This document shows positions 1-10,408 of a stretch of 64,000 nucleotides of DNA, piece by piece (positions within the stretch are counted from its first letter, which is position 1; each line of letters begins with the position of its first letter). Position numbers and translations under genes: made by a program. The notes beneath the pieces were generated by a model. That model was not told the DNA's origin and made no database searches. It was given only the letters and a program-made list of their open reading frames with translations. The stretch is taken from positions 32,001 through 96,000 of the IMG/VR virus record IMGVR_UViG_3300035698_017111; one strand, written 5' to 3'. Source of the DNA: a virus.

Positions 1-237
1 ATCGCTTTCAACTTTATGGATGATGCTGAAAGAAAATCGATGGGTATTTCAAGTCCGATACCATATGTAAAGGAATCTAAGGTTAAAAAACAGAAGAAAT
101 TAACAGATACTAAGGTAGGTAGGGGAAGAAAGAAGTCTAGTGCATCACTTGCGTGTCCAAGTTGTGGCTCTTTAATGGAGACCAATGGTAGTTGCAAACA
201 CTGCAAAAACTGTGGACACACCACAGGTTGCTCGTAA
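1..237 (+). CDS. nrdJ: C-terminal end of ribonucleotide reductase, probably class II (5'-truncated by window)
   Basis: Frame is open from base 1; ends in the Zn-ribbon CPSCG...GSCKHCKNCGHTTGCS typical of NrdJ C-termini. Confidence 0.7.
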   Translation: MAFNFMDDAERKSMGISSPIPYVKESKVKKQKKLTDTKVGRGRKKSSASLACPSCGSLMETNGSCKHCKNCGHTTGCS

Positions 238-271
238 AGCAACAATACTTGACACTTAAGGAAACAAATAT

Positions 272-1129
272 ATGGGATGCATATATAGGATAATAAATAA
301 CATAAACGGCAAATCATATATTGGGCAAACTGTTCAAGATATAAATAAAAGGAATTCGGGTAACAACTTTTGTCGATACAAAGAATGTACAGCCCTATAT
401 CGAGCTGTACAAAAATATGGTTCAGAAAACTTTACAACAAATATTATTTGTGAATCTGATTCTACAGAAGAATTGAATACGCTTGAAAAAAAATATATAG
501 TTCAATTCAAAACAAACACAAAACAGCACGGTTACAACATAAGACTAGGTGGTGATGGTGGTGGAAACCTTTCAAAAGAAATGAAAGAAAAGATAGGTAA
601 GAAATCAAAAAAATATTGGTCAAAAGACATAAACAGAGAGTCTCAAAGAGAACGATCAATACAGCAATTTTCAGATCCAAAACAAAGACAAATTCAAAGA
701 GATCTAAAGATTGAATACTTCAAAGACGAACAGAACAAAATAAAAATTAGCAGATCCAAGGGCATGAAGCCGTTTTATGCCTTTAAAGACACGGAACAAA
801 AACCTATTATTTTCGAATCTTTAGGGCAAGCATCAGTAAGGTTGGGTTTGTCAAGATCTCATATATCGTCAGTGTTACATGATAAAAGAAAAACATGTGG
901 AGGATGGTATTTCTCTTTTGATAAACCAAAAGACCATAAAAATAAATGGACATTTTATGCACATAAGGATGGAGATCTTTTGCAATTTGACAGCCAATCA
1001 GAAGCAGCCAGACAATTGCACTGTAACTCTTCTATGATATCTTCAATTCTTTTGAAAAAACCACATAGGATATCGTGTAATGGATGGAAATTCTCTTACG
1101 ATAAATTAGATTTGATTGGATTACAATAA
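272..1129 (+). CDS. GIY-YIG homing endonuclease with NUMOD1-like repeats
   Basis: N-terminal CIYRIIN...YIGQT, GYNI; two C-terminal repeats (FESLGQAS..L / FDSQSEAARQL ... GWxFS). Confidence 0.9.
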   Translation: MGCIYRIINNINGKSYIGQTVQDINKRNSGNNFCRYKECTALYRAVQKYGSENFTTNIICESDSTEELNTLEKKYIVQFKTNTKQHGYNIRLGGDGGGNLSKEMKEKIGKKSKKYWSKDINRESQRERSIQQFSDPKQRQIQRDLKIEYFKDEQNKIKISRSKGMKPFYAFKDTEQKPIIFESLGQASVRLGLSRSHISSVLHDKRKTCGGWYFSFDKPKDHKNKWTFYAHKDGDLLQFDSQSEAARQLHCNSSMISSILLKKPHRISCNGWKFSYDKLDLIGLQ

Positions 1130-1670
1130 TATGCGTATCGTCGTTTTTGGTGCAGAAAACTGTAAATTCTGCAAGTATCAATTAAAATATCTATCCAATA
1201 CCTTTTCGAAGGGTGATTGGCTGTATCTTGACGTTTTGAACAATAAAGAAGCGTTAGACATAGCTGTCGATGTCAACGTTGATGATTTACCCGCTGTTCT
1301 TATCCTTAACAATCGAATGCAGAAGATACATCAGAAAGCTGGTACAATGCCTTCTGATCAGATTTTTTGTAAGTTGGTTGGTTCTGACTCGCTTATTCCA
1401 TTTTCTTCCCAAGAAAAAAAAGAAATTGAAAGTGGTGAGAGAGATTCCATCCTTTTAAGCTTTAAGCCATCAACCAGTTCTAACAAGAAGACGTTAGCGT
1501 ACACATACTCTCGTAAGAGTATTTGTTCAATCCAAATCACATCTATGAAAAAGATGAAACTTGAAACTGCTCACAAGAAATTTGGCAAGAAAGAAGTAGA
1601 TCAATATACTTCTAAAAATGGTGAAACCTCTTTTGTTTATCACATCAAATTCCAAAGGGAAGAGAAGTAA
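1116..1670 (+). CDS. thioredoxin/glutaredoxin-fold protein
   Basis: FGAENCKFC CxxC motif and cis-Pro motif DLPAVLI; next to RNR. Confidence 0.75.
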   Translation: MDYNNMRIVVFGAENCKFCKYQLKYLSNTFSKGDWLYLDVLNNKEALDIAVDVNVDDLPAVLILNNRMQKIHQKAGTMPSDQIFCKLVGSDSLIPFSSQEKKEIESGERDSILLSFKPSTSSNKKTLAYTYSRKSICSIQITSMKKMKLETAHKKFGKKEVDQYTSKNGETSFVYHIKFQREEK

Positions 1671-1672
1671 AC

Positions 1673-4054
1673 ATGAATTTCGAAGACATCCTTAGCCCAA
1701 AACTGAAAATGATCTTGCGTGACAAAGCTTTTGTTTCGGCAATTAAACTTGGTCACAATGGGGTTTGGCCACAAGATCTTATCCTTTGTATTCTTGGAGA
1801 GGCAGAAAGTCTTTCTGATAATATTTTAGGACTATTGAATGTTGATGTACCCGAATTGTACAACGGCATATCAAATGTATCTGTGCTAAAAGACGAAGAC
1901 AAAATAGACGAAACAAAAATTCACGATAGCACAAAAGAGATTCTCCGTCTTTCTAAAGAAGAATCTATTAATTTGGGGCATCCATACATTGGTACCGAAC
2001 ACGTTATTCTATCGTTCCTTTCCTATGGTGGCAATGTCGCACACATTAGAGAGATTAAATCTCTTTTAGAAAAATATGGAATCACTAAGAGAGATTTCAA
2101 AATGGGGATTATTGCTGCAATGAGTAGTAGCAATGTCGGCCGGAAGAAAAAAACCTCTGAAGAAAAGGAGAAAGCTATCGCTGAAGACGGATCAAGTGGT
2201 AGTGGTAGAAGGACAAGAAAAGAAAAACAAACAACACTTGAACAGACATTGAAGAAGGAATCATACATAGAGAATGTAAATGAAAAGGTTGCCAAAAGAA
2301 AAGAATCTTTCATTGGTCGAACCAAAGAAATAGAAAGATGCATTCAGGTTCTTTGTCGTAAAAAGAAAAGAAATCCAATCGTTGTTGGTGAATCTGGTGT
2401 TGGTAAAACCGCACTGATCGAGGGTCTGGCACAAAGAATTAACTCTGGCGATGTTCCAGGTAAAATAAAGGGAGCTCAGATTTACTCTGTTAATCTTGGG
2501 AATGTTGTTGCTGGTACAAAATATAGAGGACAGTTTGAAGAAAGAATGAAGTCTATTATCTCGTTCTTTGAAATTAAGAAAAAGAATCCTCAAATCATTT
2601 TTATTGACGAGATACACACCCTTATCAACGCTGGAAATGCAGAAGGTGCATTGGATGCTAGTTCTATACTCAAACCAAAATTATCTTCTGATGTATTTCA
2701 ATGTATCGGTACGACGACATACGAAGACTATAGAAAGTATATTCAAAGAGATGAAACTCTTTCTCGTAGATTTACTTCTGTGTTTTTGGAAGAACCGTCC
2801 ACCGAAGACACTGTCAAGATTCTTCGTGGCATTAAATCAGAATATGAAAACTACCACGGGATTAATATCGATGATAACTCCATTAAGACAATAACCGATC
2901 TTTGTGATAAATATATTAAAAACAGATTCTTCCCAGACAAAGCCATTGATATTCTTGATGAGTCTTGTGTTAAATCAGTTTTGGAGACACACAATAAGAG
3001 TAAGACTGGGGTAAAGAATCTTCTGTTGGAAGAGACAATCCTTGAGGTTATTTCAGATTCTACTGGTATTCCTGTTGCGACAATGTCTCAGGACGAAAAA
3101 AAGACACTTGGGAACATTAAAAAAGAGATGTCTAAGGTTGTCATTGGCCAGACAAAAGCAATAGATGTTGTTTGTGATGCACTTCAGAGATCACGCATTG
3201 GGTTTAAGGATGCCAATAGGACAATGGGGGTGTTTTTGTTCTTGGGTCCAACAGGTACTGGTAAGACTCTTTTGGCTCAAAGTATTTCTCAAAAATTATT
3301 TGGATCGAATAAGATAGTTCGACTCGATATGTCGGAATATATGGAAAAACATTCTATATCTAAGATTATTGGAAGCCCACCCGGATATATTGGTCATGAT
3401 GATGGTGGACAGCTTACCGAACAGATACGGAAAAAACCATACTCTGTAATTCTCCTTGATGAAATAGAAAAGGCTCATCGAGATGTTCTAAACATCTTCC
3501 TTCAGATATTTGATGAGGGTAGGCTTACAGATTCGCAAGGTAGACTGGCTGACTTTAGCAACTCTATTATCATAGCCACGTCTAATATTGCAGCAGCACA
3601 GATTGGCAAGAAAGCAAAGGGTATTTGCTTTCGTGTTCCAGACCATGTGCGACAACAGGATGACGTTGAGAAGTTTCTATTAGACGAAGTCCAGAATCAC
3701 TTTTCTCCTGAGTTTATTAACAGAATAGACGAAACACTTGTGTTTAACACATTCACCAAAAAAAATGTCAGGAAAATTATGGAGATAGAACTTGGCAAGG
3801 TGAAAGATAGGATTAAAAAAGCTGGCTACAATATTAGGGTGTCTCCGTCAGCCAAAACCTTTCTTTGTGAAAATGGATACTCAGAAGAATATGGTGCTAG
3901 ACCTATGGTTCGTGTTTTGAAGAAACACATTGAGAATCCGTTGGCTAATCAAATATTTGCAGACAAAATAGATAGCAATGCTATCGTATATATTAACTAC
4001 AGTAAGCCGAATACAGAGCTTACGTTAAGCCAAAAACAAGACGGAGGAAAATAA
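1673..4054 (+). CDS. clpC: ATP-dependent Clp protease ATPase subunit (ClpC/ClpA-like)
   Basis: Clp N repeats (YIGTEH), AAA1 GESGVGKT/IDEIH, AAA2 GPTGTGKT, DMSEYMEKH, GSPPGYIG. Confidence 0.92.
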   Translation: MNFEDILSPKLKMILRDKAFVSAIKLGHNGVWPQDLILCILGEAESLSDNILGLLNVDVPELYNGISNVSVLKDEDKIDETKIHDSTKEILRLSKEESINLGHPYIGTEHVILSFLSYGGNVAHIREIKSLLEKYGITKRDFKMGIIAAMSSSNVGRKKKTSEEKEKAIAEDGSSGSGRRTRKEKQTTLEQTLKKESYIENVNEKVAKRKESFIGRTKEIERCIQVLCRKKKRNPIVVGESGVGKTALIEGLAQRINSGDVPGKIKGAQIYSVNLGNVVAGTKYRGQFEERMKSIISFFEIKKKNPQIIFIDEIHTLINAGNAEGALDASSILKPKLSSDVFQCIGTTTYEDYRKYIQRDETLSRRFTSVFLEEPSTEDTVKILRGIKSEYENYHGINIDDNSIKTITDLCDKYIKNRFFPDKAIDILDESCVKSVLETHNKSKTGVKNLLLEETILEVISDSTGIPVATMSQDEKKTLGNIKKEMSKVVIGQTKAIDVVCDALQRSRIGFKDANRTMGVFLFLGPTGTGKTLLAQSISQKLFGSNKIVRLDMSEYMEKHSISKIIGSPPGYIGHDDGGQLTEQIRKKPYSVILLDEIEKAHRDVLNIFLQIFDEGRLTDSQGRLADFSNSIIIATSNIAAAQIGKKAKGICFRVPDHVRQQDDVEKFLLDEVQNHFSPEFINRIDETLVFNTFTKKNVRKIMEIELGKVKDRIKKAGYNIRVSPSAKTFLCENGYSEEYGARPMVRVLKKHIENPLANQIFADKIDSNAIVYINYSKPNTELTLSQKQDGGK

Positions 4055-4057
4055 CAA

Positions 4058-4528
4058 ATGGCACCGATTTACGAACCAGCAGAGGATATTCAGAAGATGG
4101 TTCATCTTCTGATTGAAAAGAGACCAGATCTTTTTGGAGGAATTGATCCAGATATGATTACCTGTGGTCTGAGGGTTGACAAACCAGCACCAGCAAGTCA
4201 GAAGTGTGTTTTGAAGATTGAAGGTATTCGTGGTTCTAAAACGCTTCTTACTGCCAAGAAATATCTCATCCACGGATACGCCTCTATGTGGGGTCGTTTG
4301 TGTGGAGAGAAGAAGGTTGCCCATGTTGCAAATATGTTGAAGAGAATTGAGATTCCGACAGAAGAAGAGTTGATGAAACTCAACGACAAGGGTCAAGATT
4401 ATGAGTGGGGCAAACTTCAAAAACCAGATGTTTCAGATTGGCGAAGCTTTATTGAAGAACTTGGTGTTGGTTGGGCAGACGAAGATAGTACTATCCCCAA
4501 CATTGCCGACACTAAAGTGCAAGTTTAA
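4058..4528 (+). CDS. hypothetical protein resembling putative phage metallopeptidase family, no HExxH
   Basis: Overall resemblance only (YEPAEDI..., KPDVSDW). Confidence 0.4.
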   Translation: MAPIYEPAEDIQKMVHLLIEKRPDLFGGIDPDMITCGLRVDKPAPASQKCVLKIEGIRGSKTLLTAKKYLIHGYASMWGRLCGEKKVAHVANMLKRIEIPTEEELMKLNDKGQDYEWGKLQKPDVSDWRSFIEELGVGWADEDSTIPNIADTKVQV

Positions 4529-4548
4529 CGCCAGGACGGAATATTAAA

Positions 4549-5229
4549 ATGCCTAAGAAAAAGAGTGGTCTGTTTGTGACTGTAGAGGGTCCAGATGGAT
4601 CTGGAAAAACAACGTTAATAAAAGAAATCGCAAAGTGGCTGGATAATGTAGTCAAAAAGACATATGTTCTTACTAAAGAACCTGGCAGTCCACATTGTGC
4701 TGTTTGTACAGATCTTAGGGAATTTATTCTTTCTCCAAAGAATGACATTGACCCTGAAGCAGAGGTCTTCCTGTATATTGCGGACAGATGTCAACATGTC
4801 CAGAAAATCATCAAGCCAGCTCTTGATGAGGGAAAATTGGTTCTTTGTGACAGATACATAGACTCTACATATGCCTACCAAGGATGGGGGCGAAGATACG
4901 GTAAAGAAGAAGCACTTGAGCATATCGAATACTTAAATAAAAAGTCTACAGGAGGACTTGTTCCAGATCTAACAATTCTTCTCATGGTCGATCCAGAAGT
5001 TGGTATGATGCGAATCTCCAAAGACAAAGATCGAGATGGGGAAGATAGGATCGAGAGAGAAAAGATGGCTTTCAAGACTAGAGTGTGGGAAGGGTATAAA
5101 TCTCTCTTTGAAAAAGAAAAAAAGAACAGGAATTTCCTTCTAATCAATACAGACGATAAAAGCCCAGAGCAATGCGTGACCGAGGTGATTGAACAGCTTG
5201 GTCTATTTATAGATTCAAAACTGGCTTAA
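4549..5229 (+). CDS. tmk: thymidylate kinase
   Basis: EGPDGSGKTT, TKEPG, LCDRYIDSTYAYQG, PDLTILL. Confidence 0.95.
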   Translation: MPKKKSGLFVTVEGPDGSGKTTLIKEIAKWLDNVVKKTYVLTKEPGSPHCAVCTDLREFILSPKNDIDPEAEVFLYIADRCQHVQKIIKPALDEGKLVLCDRYIDSTYAYQGWGRRYGKEEALEHIEYLNKKSTGGLVPDLTILLMVDPEVGMMRISKDKDRDGEDRIEREKMAFKTRVWEGYKSLFEKEKKNRNFLLINTDDKSPEQCVTEVIEQLGLFIDSKLA

Positions 5230-5898
5230 TTGGAGAAAAAAATGCTCATTGGTCTATGTAGCCTGGTTCCCCAGGTAGGTAAATCTACTATCTCGAAACA
5301 CCTGAAGAGAGAACATAACTTTCTAACTGGAGAGCTCAGTGAACCAATTATGGTTTTAGCCGAGAAGTACTTTGGCTACAATGGAGAAAAGTCTGATCCT
5401 AAACAAAGACGAATTCTTCAAGAACTTGGGTTGATGTCAAAAAATCTATATCCAACAATGTGGGTTTATCATTGCTTGGGTCTAATGAGAAGGAAACTGT
5501 GGGGTTTGCCATTGGGCATTAACCCCACGTTTCTTTTCTATTATCAATATGAAGAGGTGATGGGTCAAGTTAAAGAAAAAGGTGTGTTTGATTTCTTAGA
5601 AGGACACGATGCTGTTCTTTCTGGTATTAGAAGTCCAGAAGAAGCTGACGAGATCAAGGCACTTGGTGGAAAAGTTGTTTTAATCAGAAACGATAGATTA
5701 CAAGCAGCAGAGAATGTTCATGCCGTTGAAAATGCACTGTCAGACTACGAGTTCGACTATGTTATAAAAAACAATTTCGACCTTATCGTATCAAACAATA
5801 AGTCTTTTGAAGATCTTTATGAAATAGTTGATAAATTGATGCAAGAAATTAATGGAGAGCAAAATGGAAGAGAAAAAGGTTCTGTATCGAAAGTATAG
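5230..5898 (+). CDS. deoxynucleoside monophosphate kinase-like P-loop protein
   Basis: LIGLC..QVGKST, RRILQELG, GIRSPEE, FDYVIKN. Confidence 0.75.
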   Translation: MEKKMLIGLCSLVPQVGKSTISKHLKREHNFLTGELSEPIMVLAEKYFGYNGEKSDPKQRRILQELGLMSKNLYPTMWVYHCLGLMRRKLWGLPLGINPTFLFYYQYEEVMGQVKEKGVFDFLEGHDAVLSGIRSPEEADEIKALGGKVVLIRNDRLQAAENVHAVENALSDYEFDYVIKNNFDLIVSNNKSFEDLYEIVDKLMQEINGEQNGREKGSVSKV

Positions 5899-6967
5899 AC
5901 CACAGAAACTATCCGAAGTAGTTAGCCAAGACCATGTTAAACAAACACTGACAAAAGCAGTAAAGCAAAACAGACTATCCCACGCATATCTATTTACTGG
6001 TATTCGTGGCACTGGTAAAACCACAATTGCTAGAATCCTATCACAAATAGTCAATTGTGATAATGGTCCTAGTGTTGAGTATGATGTTAATAGTAAGATT
6101 TGCAAATCCATCATTGCTGGATCGTGTCCTGATGTACATGAATTAGATGCCGCAACACATTCGTCTAAAGACGACATTCGTGATATAAAGAAAATGGCTT
6201 ACAATAACCCAATTATGGCTAGAAAGAGATTCTTTATTGTGGATGAGGTACATTGTCTGAGGGGTCCTGCTGCATCTGCTTTACTTAAAATTCTTGAAGA
6301 ACCACCACCCACAGCAATGTTTGCTCTTTGTACAACAGAATCACATAAAATTCTTCCTACAATTCAATCTAGATGTCAGAGATTTGATTTGATTAAAATC
6401 TCTATCAGTCAAATAACAGAACATCTTCAAGGGATTTGTGAAAAAGAAAAAAGAAAAATAACAAAAAGTGCCTTGACTCTTATTGCCAAAGCAGCACAGG
6501 GTAGCGTTAGGGATGCTTTGAGTATGCTTGATTCTGTGTTTGGTAGGTTTGAAGAAGGTGAAGATGTAAAAGATAGTGATGTCTCCAGCATTATAGGCAA
6601 ATCGAACTTCACGTTTTGCATGAATCTTTTCAAGTATATAAGAACAAATGATTATAGAGGGTCTATTAGTCTTGTTAAGGGAGCAACAAATTCTGGCGTT
6701 GATCCTCAAAAGATATTTTTAGATCTATTGGAATACGTTCACGATCTTCTTATTGGAAAGTTCATGGACACTGACAGTCACATCCATGAAGAGGATAGTG
6801 TCAAGAACAAGTGGATTGAAGAAAGAGATCAGGTTTCCGAAAAAACACTTTTGTATTGTACTAACGTTTTGAATAAGTATATTACAGATATCAACACAAT
6901 GCCCAAGATAGATTTGATGTTGGACGTGTGTATTATTCACATGATGCAGGGACCAAAAAATAAGTAA
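5864..6967 (+). CDS. dnaX: DNA polymerase III gamma/tau clamp-loader subunit
   Basis: LYRKYRP, HAYLFTGIRGTGKTT, DEVH, LEEPP, TIQSRC. Confidence 0.95.
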   Translation: MEEKKVLYRKYRPQKLSEVVSQDHVKQTLTKAVKQNRLSHAYLFTGIRGTGKTTIARILSQIVNCDNGPSVEYDVNSKICKSIIAGSCPDVHELDAATHSSKDDIRDIKKMAYNNPIMARKRFFIVDEVHCLRGPAASALLKILEEPPPTAMFALCTTESHKILPTIQSRCQRFDLIKISISQITEHLQGICEKEKRKITKSALTLIAKAAQGSVRDALSMLDSVFGRFEEGEDVKDSDVSSIIGKSNFTFCMNLFKYIRTNDYRGSISLVKGATNSGVDPQKIFLDLLEYVHDLLIGKFMDTDSHIHEEDSVKNKWIEERDQVSEKTLLYCTNVLNKYITDINTMPKIDLMLDVCIIHMMQGPKNK

Positions 6968-6980
6968 AACACAGCCAAAG

Positions 6981-7010
6981 TTGACAAATTAGCCATTTTG
7001 TATCATATAC
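6981..7010 (+). promoter_or_regulatory. sigma70-like promoter upstream of the sigma factor gene
   Basis: TTGACA at 6981 followed by an AT-rich -10-like region. Confidence 0.5.
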
Positions 7011-7042
7011 CCTTGTAGACAGTAGTCCTACAGGGGGTTTGT

Positions 7043-7810
7043 ATGTACGGGGAAAAGAAATATAATAAAGATGTAGTGTACTTTGTAGACTTGTATCCTG
7101 GCATCAAATATAAGAAATTAGAGAAAGAAGAACTTCATGATAAAATAGAAAAAGCAAAAAATGGCGACAATTATGCATTTGAAGATATTCTTCGACATAT
7201 GCACAACTACCTTTGTTATCTAACTAAGTTTTTCTTCATACAGGGTGCTGAGGCACAAGACGTATATCAAGAAGGAATGATTAAACTTCTTAATGTTATT
7301 CAGAAATATGACAAAAATAAAGGAAGTTTTATTTCATTCGCACAATCCTCTATTCGAAAACACATCATTACATCTATCAATAAAGAACAGGCAAAAAAAA
7401 GAAAGGTTTTGAATCAATCTTTGAGTTTGAATTGCGAAACCAAAAATCAAGATGGTGAAATTGTTACATTTGCAGACACGATAACAGATGAGGGGCAGGA
7501 AACAAAAACCCCAACACCACTAGACCTCGTTCAAAAAGATCACGAAGAATATATTATTGAGAAAATTTCAGAAGTTCTTTCTGAAATGGAACAAAAAATA
7601 TTTGTTCTGAGATTCATAGAAAGTATGAGTTACAGGGATATAGCCAAAGAGCTCGGTCTAAAAAAGAGAAATAAAAAGACTGGCCGGATTATGTGGGATC
7701 AAAAATCTGTCGATAATGCAATTTGGCGTTCTAGGCCAAAGATTAAAAAAGCAATGGAACGTCTCAGGATTGATCCAAAAGCCTTAAACATTAAGCCAAA
7801 AAAGAAATAG
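7043..7810 (+). CDS. RNA polymerase sigma factor, SigH-like
   Basis: FFIQGAEAQDVYQEGMI..YD...SFISFA...IITSI, LNQSLSL, LSEME..IF, SYRDIA, KSVDNA match the sigma-H family pattern. Confidence 0.88.
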   Translation: MYGEKKYNKDVVYFVDLYPGIKYKKLEKEELHDKIEKAKNGDNYAFEDILRHMHNYLCYLTKFFFIQGAEAQDVYQEGMIKLLNVIQKYDKNKGSFISFAQSSIRKHIITSINKEQAKKRKVLNQSLSLNCETKNQDGEIVTFADTITDEGQETKTPTPLDLVQKDHEEYIIEKISEVLSEMEQKIFVLRFIESMSYRDIAKELGLKKRNKKTGRIMWDQKSVDNAIWRSRPKIKKAMERLRIDPKALNIKPKKK

Positions 7811-7888
7811 ACAAACGTTAATCTAAACCCTCTTTCCAATAACAGTATCGTATTACACAGAAGATACTATGGAATGGAGGGTTTCCTT

Positions 7889-8341
7889 ATGATTATAAAA
7901 AAGTATAAGATAACATCTGAACGGCCAGAAGAAACTGAATTCGAAGTGGTTGTTGTTAGGAACACAACAAGCACAATGAAAAAGACTTCTGTCGTTGATG
8001 AGAATGGTATTGTGATTTCCGCAAGACGAGCACCAGATGTAACAACAGATACAGACGTTAAAGAAGGTATCTCTGCAGTTTCTATTCCAAGCAGAACACC
8101 AGCCATCGTGGAGATACTTGAGAAGGGTGACCAGTTTGGCCCCACAGTAACAGTACAGTCTGAGCCAGAGCCGGATCGAGTTCGGGCAGAACCTAAAAAC
8201 TTAACAAAAGTTATGAATAACGAGCTTGGCCCAGACGGCAGACCAGCTTCTATTGATCTAAATGCTCTCATGCATGAGGATGGAGCAAAACCACAACAAT
8301 TGCCCAATCCTGGGGATATTGTCTGGGCAGACGAGGACTAA
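7889..8341 (+). CDS. hypothetical protein
   Basis: ORF with GGAGG RBS before the ATG at 7889. Confidence 0.6.
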   Translation: MIIKKYKITSERPEETEFEVVVVRNTTSTMKKTSVVDENGIVISARRAPDVTTDTDVKEGISAVSIPSRTPAIVEILEKGDQFGPTVTVQSEPEPDRVRAEPKNLTKVMNNELGPDGRPASIDLNALMHEDGAKPQQLPNPGDIVWADED

Positions 8342-8342
8342 T

Positions 8343-10355
8343 ATGATCCATCAACTTACAGCTCCAATTGAAGAAATAAAAGAATCTATGATTATTCATG
8401 GTGATTCTTTAGATATGATGAAGATGCTTCCGAGCAATTCTGTGCATTTGGTGTTCACATCACCACCATATGCTGGTTTGCTTAGGAAATATATCGAAGA
8501 TCCAAGAGATTTGGGTCAACTCCCTGTAGATAAGTTTGTAGATACGTTTATGGACTATGTTCATGAAATTACCAGAGTTTTAAGACACGAAGAGGGATGT
8601 GTTTTTATCCTAAACCTTGGTGAGAAATATGAAAATGGATTTGCCAGTTGTTATCCAGAAAAGATAATGCTTCGAACAGAGGCAGAAACCCCTCTTAGAG
8701 TGATTGATAAAGTACCGTGGTGCCTGTCTAATGATACAATGCTGTATGTCCGTTCTAAAAAGGGAGACATGCCAATGTCAATGCGTGATCTCTCTAGGCT
8801 AAAACCAGAAACAATTAAATTGTGGAATGGTGAAAATTGGACAAAGATAAAATCAATTTGGAAAAATAAAAATCCAGAAAAAATACTAAAAATAAAATTT
8901 AGAAATGGAGAAATGGTTTACTGCACAGATAACCATGGATGGCCAATACTAAATTCAACCAAATGTTCTTATAGTATTGTGAAGGCATCCGATTTATCTG
9001 TTGGTAATATTGTGTCCTCATGCAAATTACCAGAACCAAAAAATCCAAACACACCAGAGTTGATACCAGATGACTTGGGTTGGCTGGTTGGTTTGTATTT
9101 AGCGGAAGGCAGCAAAATGAAGGGTAAGAAAGCTATTCGGATTTCTGGACATTGTGACGAAAAAGATAGGCATGAAAAAACCATGCGTCTTGCCAAAAGA
9201 TATGGTGCGACTTGTAATATCTATTATCCAGAAGGAACTAAATCTGCAGAAATTCACATATATTCAAGATTTGTAGAATCATTAATAGATGAATATGTGT
9301 CTGGGAATAGTGCTTTAAACAAAAGACTCACTAATAAGTGTTGGAGTAGGAGCGATGTGTTTTTAAAAAACATCATTAAAGGCTATCTTGTCGGTGATGG
9401 ACATTGGGATTGTCCAAATGAAAGATGGAAACTCGGATTTTGCAGAAACAAGAATATTGCAGACAACATTAGAACAATTTGTTCTAGAATAGGTGCTTCA
9501 TGTAGAATAAGACCAGGTATCGTTTCTTTAAATGGTAAAAAATTCAAAAAATATTCTGGAGAAATACGATTTTCAACAAGAGATAACGACAAAAGTGATT
9601 ATGAAATTGTAGAGATCAAAGAGACGAAAAAAGCAACATCTTTTTGGGACCTTGAAGTTGAAGATGATCCGCATTTGTTCTCTCTTAATTCAGGGGTATT
9701 GACACATAACTGCAAACCGGATCCGATGCCTGGTAAAAAATCAAGACATGGAACTATTGCATGGGAACATGTTATTATCTTTGGAAGTCAATCTGATAAA
9801 ATAAATCAAAACAGAGATTTTATGTTAAGACCATATAAATCATCGACTAAAACAATCTCCACCAAAAAGAATAAAAAAGAAATCAGGAAACAAACTGGAC
9901 ATCCAATGAATGCGGCAAAGTGTTTTAAAAACATTGGTGCCGAGCCTTTTAACTACCTTGATACAGACACATTTCCAGAAGGTCCGATAGAAGATGTTTT
10001 TAATCGTATTGAATGCACTACACAGACCGTTAAGGGAAGTAATCATAAAGCACAAATGCCAGAAAAACTTGCCAGATACTTTGTTGGTGGATATTCACAA
10101 AGACAGCAATTCGTACTTGATCCATTTGGTGGTGGTGGGACAACCGCAGCTGTTGCATGGGGTCTTGACAGACAATTCGTCCACATTGATTTAGTGGCAG
10201 AAAACTGTGTAATTTCAGAAGAAAGAATTAAGAAAATACCACAAAAAAGAGATGTCTTTAATTTTCATGGCTTGTCGAAAGAATTGCCAAAGGAAAGAAT
10301 GGAAGACGTTAGTAGGCGTGTCTTGCAAGACGGAGAGAAACAAGACATCTTCTAG
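8343..10355 (+). CDS. N4/N6 DNA methyltransferase containing an intein
   Basis: HGDS, FTSPPY, HKAQMP, LDPFGGGGTT; intein in the middle. Confidence 0.9.
   Translation: MIHQLTAPIEEIKESMIIHGDSLDMMKMLPSNSVHLVFTSPPYAGLLRKYIEDPRDLGQLPVDKFVDTFMDYVHEITRVLRHEEGCVFILNLGEKYENGFASCYPEKIMLRTEAETPLRVIDKVPWCLSNDTMLYVRSKKGDMPMSMRDLSRLKPETIKLWNGENWTKIKSIWKNKNPEKILKIKFRNGEMVYCTDNHGWPILNSTKCSYSIVKASDLSVGNIVSSCKLPEPKNPNTPELIPDDLGWLVGLYLAEGSKMKGKKAIRISGHCDEKDRHEKTMRLAKRYGATCNIYYPEGTKSAEIHIYSRFVESLIDEYVSGNSALNKRLTNKCWSRSDVFLKNIIKGYLVGDGHWDCPNERWKLGFCRNKNIADNIRTICSRIGASCRIRPGIVSLNGKKFKKYSGEIRFSTRDNDKSDYEIVEIKETKKATSFWDLEVEDDPHLFSLNSGVLTHNCKPDPMPGKKSRHGTIAWEHVIIFGSQSDKINQNRDFMLRPYKSSTKTISTKKNKKEIRKQTGHPMNAAKCFKNIGAEPFNYLDTDTFPEGPIEDVFNRIECTTQTVKGSNHKAQMPEKLARYFVGGYSQRQQFVLDPFGGGGTTAAVAWGLDRQFVHIDLVAENCVISEERIKKIPQKRDVFNFHGLSKELPKERMEDVSRRVLQDGEKQDIF
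8721..9710 (+). mobile_element. intein with LAGLIDADG endonuclease (330 aa)
   Basis: W|CLSNDT start, TDNH block B, LYLAEG and YLVGDG motifs, VLTHN|C end. Confidence 0.93.
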
Positions 10356-10408
10356 AGAGTATGGTCGCACTCTATGTGTGTGCGTGAATTGAAATTAGGG
10401 GATAAATA

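Noticed and set aside
8262-8342. Upstream start extensions in the ORF track (8262, 33790, 48965, 50965, 52735, 60264)
   Set aside because: They overlap neighbouring genes or RNA elements, and better-placed starts lie downstream.
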